Assembly (NCBI GenBank): GCA_036339875.1
Contig: JAYZAC010000068.1
Coordinates: forward strand, 1 to 10,483
DNA: 10,483 nucleotides
DNA from: a bacterium
GTDB taxonomy: Bacteria > Muiribacteriota > UBA6191
Direction of reading: 5' to 3'
In this document: positions 6,865-10,483 of the stretch, one piece after another
How positions within the stretch are numbered: the first letter of the stretch is position 1
Layout of the letters: each line of letters opens with the position of its first letter
The notes under the pieces: model-generated
Database searches by the model: none
What the model was told of the DNA's origin: nothing
What the model saw: the letters and a program-made list of their open reading frames with translations, nothing else
Program-made: the position numbers and the translations under genes

Positions 6865-7770
6865 CTATTGAATAATTTTACTTTTTACCCAATCACGATA
6901 ATTAGAAACTCTGGTGTAGACTCCAAAAGCTTGCGGTCTAGCGCAGCCGATTCCCCAGCTAACAATTCCGTTTTGAATAAAGTTTCCTGAATTGTCTTTT
7001 ATGCCCATTGGGCCACCAGAATCTCCCTGACAAGCGTCTTTACCACCTTGAGGAAAGCCAGCACAGAGCATGTTGCCCGTTAAGCTGATGTTGTAAAAAG
7101 GTGGAACCACTTCATCTAGTCCAGCCTCACATTCTTCTTGTGCAACAAGTGGGACATTAACTTCCTGAAGAACTTCCGGTGTTTCAAAGCCACCCTCCTC
7201 TGTGCTACGAAGATTTCCCCATCCGATTACCGTACTGTTTATGCCTGCAGCATTATATTGAGGTTCAGCAAGACGAATGAATGGATACTCAGTAACTTCG
7301 TCTGAAAGCTTTAGTAAAGCAATATCATTATCGAGACTATCTTCATCATAATTTTCATGAGTAATGATTTCTACAACACTTACACGACGACCTTTAGTTT
7401 CATCGCTCAAACGGTAGCCACCAATGAAAACTTCGATTCTTCTAGGGCTAACAACAACCCCAGGCCATTTAGTCACGCAATGAGCGGCAGTTAATACCCA
7501 TTTAGGTCTTAGAAGACTACCACCACAAAATTGACCACTTTTAGCTGGCTTTCCTTTACCAAGAATTGCCACCATGAATGGATACTCACCTTCATCAGCA
7601 TTTGTGCCACCCACGATTCTGTTGAAGTGAGATACTGGAGGGTAAACAGAAATGTTTTGAATCGCTTCACGCATGTCATGAACACCACGTTTCGTTGAGG
7701 TCTCTTTTGCTGAAACTGTATTGAAAGTAAGTGCGACTAATAATATGGCTGAGATGCTACGAAAATTCAT
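6865..7770 (-). CDS. Secreted trypsin-like serine protease (peptidase S1A), pre-pro-enzyme
   Basis: ATG 7770 with RBS AAGGA is preferred over GTG 7827. Signal peptide MNFRSISAILLVALTFNTVSA, propeptide ending R|IVGG (7617-7606), triad motifs LTAAHC, DNDIALLKL and GDSGGP (Ser at 7020-7018). Asp in DACQG indicates Lys/Arg specificity. Six Cys at the conserved disulfide positions. Confidence 0.95.
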   Translation of the reverse strand: MNFRSISAILLVALTFNTVSAKETSTKRGVHDMREAIQNISVYPPVSHFNRIVGGTNADEGEYPFMVAILGKGKPAKSGQFCGGSLLRPKWVLTAAHCVTKWPGVVVSPRRIEVFIGGYRLSDETKGRRVSVVEIITHENYDEDSLDNDIALLKLSDEVTEYPFIRLAEPQYNAAGINSTVIGWGNLRSTEEGGFETPEVLQEVNVPLVAQEECEAGLDEVVPPFYNISLTGNMLCAGFPQGGKDACQGDSGGPMGIKDNSGNFIQNGIVSWGIGCARPQAFGVYTRVSNYRDWVKSKIIQ

Positions 7771-7836
7771 CAATATTCCTTTGATCGATATATTACGAAA
7801 GTTAATTTTAATTTGGTGCCTGAACACGAGGTGCAG

Positions 7837-7864
7837 ATATTAAAAGACTTTTAAATTGCGTCAA
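7837..7864 (-). promoter_or_regulatory. Putative sigma70-type promoter for the trypsin gene
   Basis: Minus strand TTGACG (7864-7859), 16-nt spacer, TAATAT (7842-7837). Confidence 0.5.
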
Positions 7865-7986
7865 GTCTAAGTTCTAAAATAAGTCATAATTAACAAAATT
7901 TAATTAAAATGAGTTTAAGAAATGAGATTTTGGATAGATTTTGCAGTTCTAATTTATGTTATTTTACTTATCTGAAAGGTTTACTA

Positions 7987-9888
7987 ATGAAGGCTTCTTT
8001 TCCCCCAATAGCAAATATTGAAGATGTAGAAAATATTGAGAAAGTTCCTCTAAAAGATAGGCTCGATTTAAGTAGCACTCGAGAAGTTTTTGAGAGATCT
8101 TCTGAGAAATATGGTTCAAAGATTGCCCTTAAATATTTATTTTTTGGTCGTTCAGATGAGAAGCCCGTGGTTTTTACATATAAAGAACTATTCCATAAAA
8201 TTCGCCAGACAGCTAATTTGTTTAATCATTTGGGTGTGGATGAGGACAATCCGGTTAGTTTTCTTTTACCTAATTTACCTCAGACACATTTTAGTTTGTG
8301 GGGAGCTGAAATCGCTGGTGTGGTTAATCCAATCAACGTTTTACTGGAACCAGATCATATTGTATCTATTCTTAATGCGGCTAAAACTAAAGTATTGATT
8401 ACTTTAACTCCTTTTCCAAAGACAGATATCTGGCAAAAAGTTGAGAGCTTGATCGATCGCGTCCCAAGTTTAACAACCATATTACAAGTAGATATGGCAC
8501 AGTATTTACCGTGGTGGCAGCGAGTATTAGTTAGGCTGACGCGCCCAGCCTGCCAAATACCAGCGCATATAAATTTAATTGATTTTGATCAAGCGATTTC
8601 TAAGATGCCCTCAGATCACTTTACATTTGATCGAGAGTTGAGTTCTGAAACGACAGCGTCTCTCTTTCATACTGGGGGTACTACCGGAGTTCCCAAGTTA
8701 GCTCGCCACACCCACGGTAACGAGATATTCAATGCTTGGGTCTTGAAAGAGGTCGCCTGCTTGACTGAAGAATCTGTAGGTATTTGTGCATTACCACTTT
8801 TTCACGTAAATGCAGTCATCGTTACAGGGTTGGCTCCGTTTATGGCAGGCGGAACTGTTTTGTTACTAACACCAGCTGGATTCAGGGGCCCCGAGGTGTT
8901 TCCTAATTTTTGGAAAATAATCGAGCGTCATAAGGTAAATTTTTTCAGTGCTGTTCCTACTGTTTTTTCAACACTGCTTAAACACCCTCTTAATGGGATA
9001 GATGTAAGTTGTATGCGTTTTGCCATAACCGGGGCTGCGCCTATGCCTACTGAAGTGTTTCGTAAATTTGAAGCAATGACAGGTTTGAGAATCATTGAGG
9101 GATATGGTCAAACGGAAGGAACATGTGCCAGTAGTTGTAACCCTCTATCGGGTGAGGCAAAAATAGGATCAATCGGATTGAGATTTCCTTATCAAAAAAT
9201 GAAAACCGTAGTTATTAATGAGGACGGTCTGGTTCAAAGAGATTGTAATATTAATGAAATTGGACATGTAATCATAAAGGGTCCAAATGTCTTTCCAGGT
9301 TACACGGATTCAGCAAAAGATGAAGGTGTTATTTTAGATGACGGATGGATTAATACGGGTGATCTTGGCAGGCAGGATGAGGACGGATACTTTTGGCTTA
9401 CAGGTCGTGCTAAAGATATTATTATCAGAGGTGGACATAATATTGACCCTGCGATTATTGAAGAAGCCTTGATTAAATTTCCGGGAGTAGAGCTCGTCGC
9501 AGCGGTGGGTCAGCCTGATGTTCATGCAGGCGAAGTGCCCGCTGCTTATTTACAAGTTAGTGATTCGAAACAAGTAGATGTACAAAAGATTTATGAATTT
9601 GCGAAACAAGCGATTCCTGAAAGAGCAGCAATTCCTGTACATGTAGAATTGGTTGATCCAATGCCAGTTACCCCCGTTGGTAAGATATTTAAGCCGGCAC
9701 TAAGACATCTTGCAATTCAAAGAGTTTATTCAGAGGCACTAAAGATAGAGAATATTTCAGCTCAAGTAAGCGTTAACACCGATGAAACTAAAGGCACTTT
9801 GGCATATATTCAACTGGCTGATTACTCACAAAAAATTAAAGCTCAGCAGTTATTGGAGAGTTTTACGATTCCCTTTGAACTAAATTAG
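7987..9888 (+). CDS. Acyl-CoA synthetase / AMP-binding protein (fatty-acid--CoA ligase-like)
   Basis: ANL-superfamily motifs SLFHTGGTTGVPK, LPLFHVNA, EGYGQTE, NTGDLG, GRAKDIIIRGGHNIDP and TPVGKIFK. ATG 7987 follows GAAAGGT and is preferred over 7909. Confidence 0.92.
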   Translation: MKASFPPIANIEDVENIEKVPLKDRLDLSSTREVFERSSEKYGSKIALKYLFFGRSDEKPVVFTYKELFHKIRQTANLFNHLGVDEDNPVSFLLPNLPQTHFSLWGAEIAGVVNPINVLLEPDHIVSILNAAKTKVLITLTPFPKTDIWQKVESLIDRVPSLTTILQVDMAQYLPWWQRVLVRLTRPACQIPAHINLIDFDQAISKMPSDHFTFDRELSSETTASLFHTGGTTGVPKLARHTHGNEIFNAWVLKEVACLTEESVGICALPLFHVNAVIVTGLAPFMAGGTVLLLTPAGFRGPEVFPNFWKIIERHKVNFFSAVPTVFSTLLKHPLNGIDVSCMRFAITGAAPMPTEVFRKFEAMTGLRIIEGYGQTEGTCASSCNPLSGEAKIGSIGLRFPYQKMKTVVINEDGLVQRDCNINEIGHVIIKGPNVFPGYTDSAKDEGVILDDGWINTGDLGRQDEDGYFWLTGRAKDIIIRGGHNIDPAIIEEALIKFPGVELVAAVGQPDVHAGEVPAAYLQVSDSKQVDVQKIYEFAKQAIPERAAIPVHVELVDPMPVTPVGKIFKPALRHLAIQRVYSEALKIENISAQVSVNTDETKGTLAYIQLADYSQKIKAQQLLESFTIPFELN

Positions 9889-9961
9889 CTTTTTCAGTAT
9901 TTATTTTTAGAAACTTTTCATCCAATTACTCGTAGTAAAACTACTTAGATCGGGGAAAATT

Positions 9962-10483
9962 ATGCTGAATTTCTATATCAAAGTGACTATGTTCTTGGTG
10001 GGATTACTACTTCTATGTGTAGAGTCATCGTATTCGGTTGAACAGTCACAGAGGAATATCCGAAACCAACAGCAGGCAATTTTCCAGCAATTATACTCTG
10101 ACCAAAATGTCAATTTAGATGAGGAGACTCCCTTATCACCACAAAGCTCAATTCAAGTGAGTGTAATCGAAAAGGACGTACCTTTTACAAAATTCCAACC
10201 ACTAATTGATGGAAAGCTTAAGGAGCTTTTTGGTGAGTGGAAGCAGCTTTTCGCCAAAGATTTGAAAATAGCAAAGACTGCGGCTGGAATAAAATATCAC
10301 GAATTTAAGGGCTTCAATCAGTATTACTCGTCAGACTCTACCATGGATGTGGGGGTTGAATGGCGCTTCGCGATTAAATGGCCTTGGATCAAAAATGTTC
10401 AATATACTGGTGCAACTTCCATGATGATTGGTACTTTTCAAATGACTGGTGAACCAAATTTGGTATATTTCGAGCCGGTTATA
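9962..10483 (+). CDS. Exported hypothetical protein, 3' end truncated by the window edge
   Basis: Manual translation: 174 stop-free codons, MLNFYIKVTMFLVGLLLLCVESSYSVEQSQRNIRNQQQAIFQQLYSDQ...GVEWRFAIKWPWIKNVQYTGATSMMIGTFQMTGEPNLVYFEPVI. GGGG RBS-like sequence upstream and a signal-peptide-like N-terminus. Confidence 0.8.
   Translation, partial: MLNFYIKVTMFLVGLLLLCVESSYSVEQSQRNIRNQQQAIFQQLYSDQNVNLDEETPLSPQSSIQVSVIEKDVPFTKFQPLIDGKLKELFGEWKQLFAKDLKIAKTAAGIKYHEFKGFNQYYSSDSTMDVGVEWRFAIKWPWIKNVQYTGATSMMIGTFQMTGEPNLVYFEPVI

Noticed and set aside
8090..9525. ORFs 8090..8398 and 9334..9525
   Set aside because: Alternate-frame or antisense shadows of the acyl-CoA synthetase.
9926..9944. Overlapping mini-hairpins TTACT-CGT-AGTAA and GTAGT-AAA-ACTAC
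   Set aside because: 5-bp AT-rich stems, too weak for a terminator or switch.
1..10483. CRISPR array, tRNA/rRNA, IS or prophage elements
   Set aside because: No spaced direct repeats, RNA-gene signatures, transposase/integrase motifs or terminal inverted repeats seen; intergenic gaps are all short.

Overview
AT-rich bacterial chromosomal window (roughly 35-38% GC by eye) with nine densely packed CDSs. I found no RNA genes, mobile elements or CRISPR arrays. Left to right: a secreted multi-SH3b protein running off the left edge (minus strand, missing from the ORF track); a YccF-family membrane protein; a divergent TPR + GT41 (OGT/SPINDLY-type) glycosyltransferase; a 2-TM hypothetical protein whose frame is open well upstream of its first canonical start; three exported minus-strand proteins (a hypothetical, an alpha/beta hydrolase and an S1A trypsin zymogen); a divergent acyl-CoA synthetase; and an exported hypothetical running off the right edge (also missing from the track). 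The best leads are three tandem 59-aa repeats that look like circularly permuted SH3b domains, a probable CTG start or 1-nt lesion at the OGT/downstream-gene junction, and substitutions in the GT41 donor-binding motifs. No complete new system can be demonstrated from the sequence alone.
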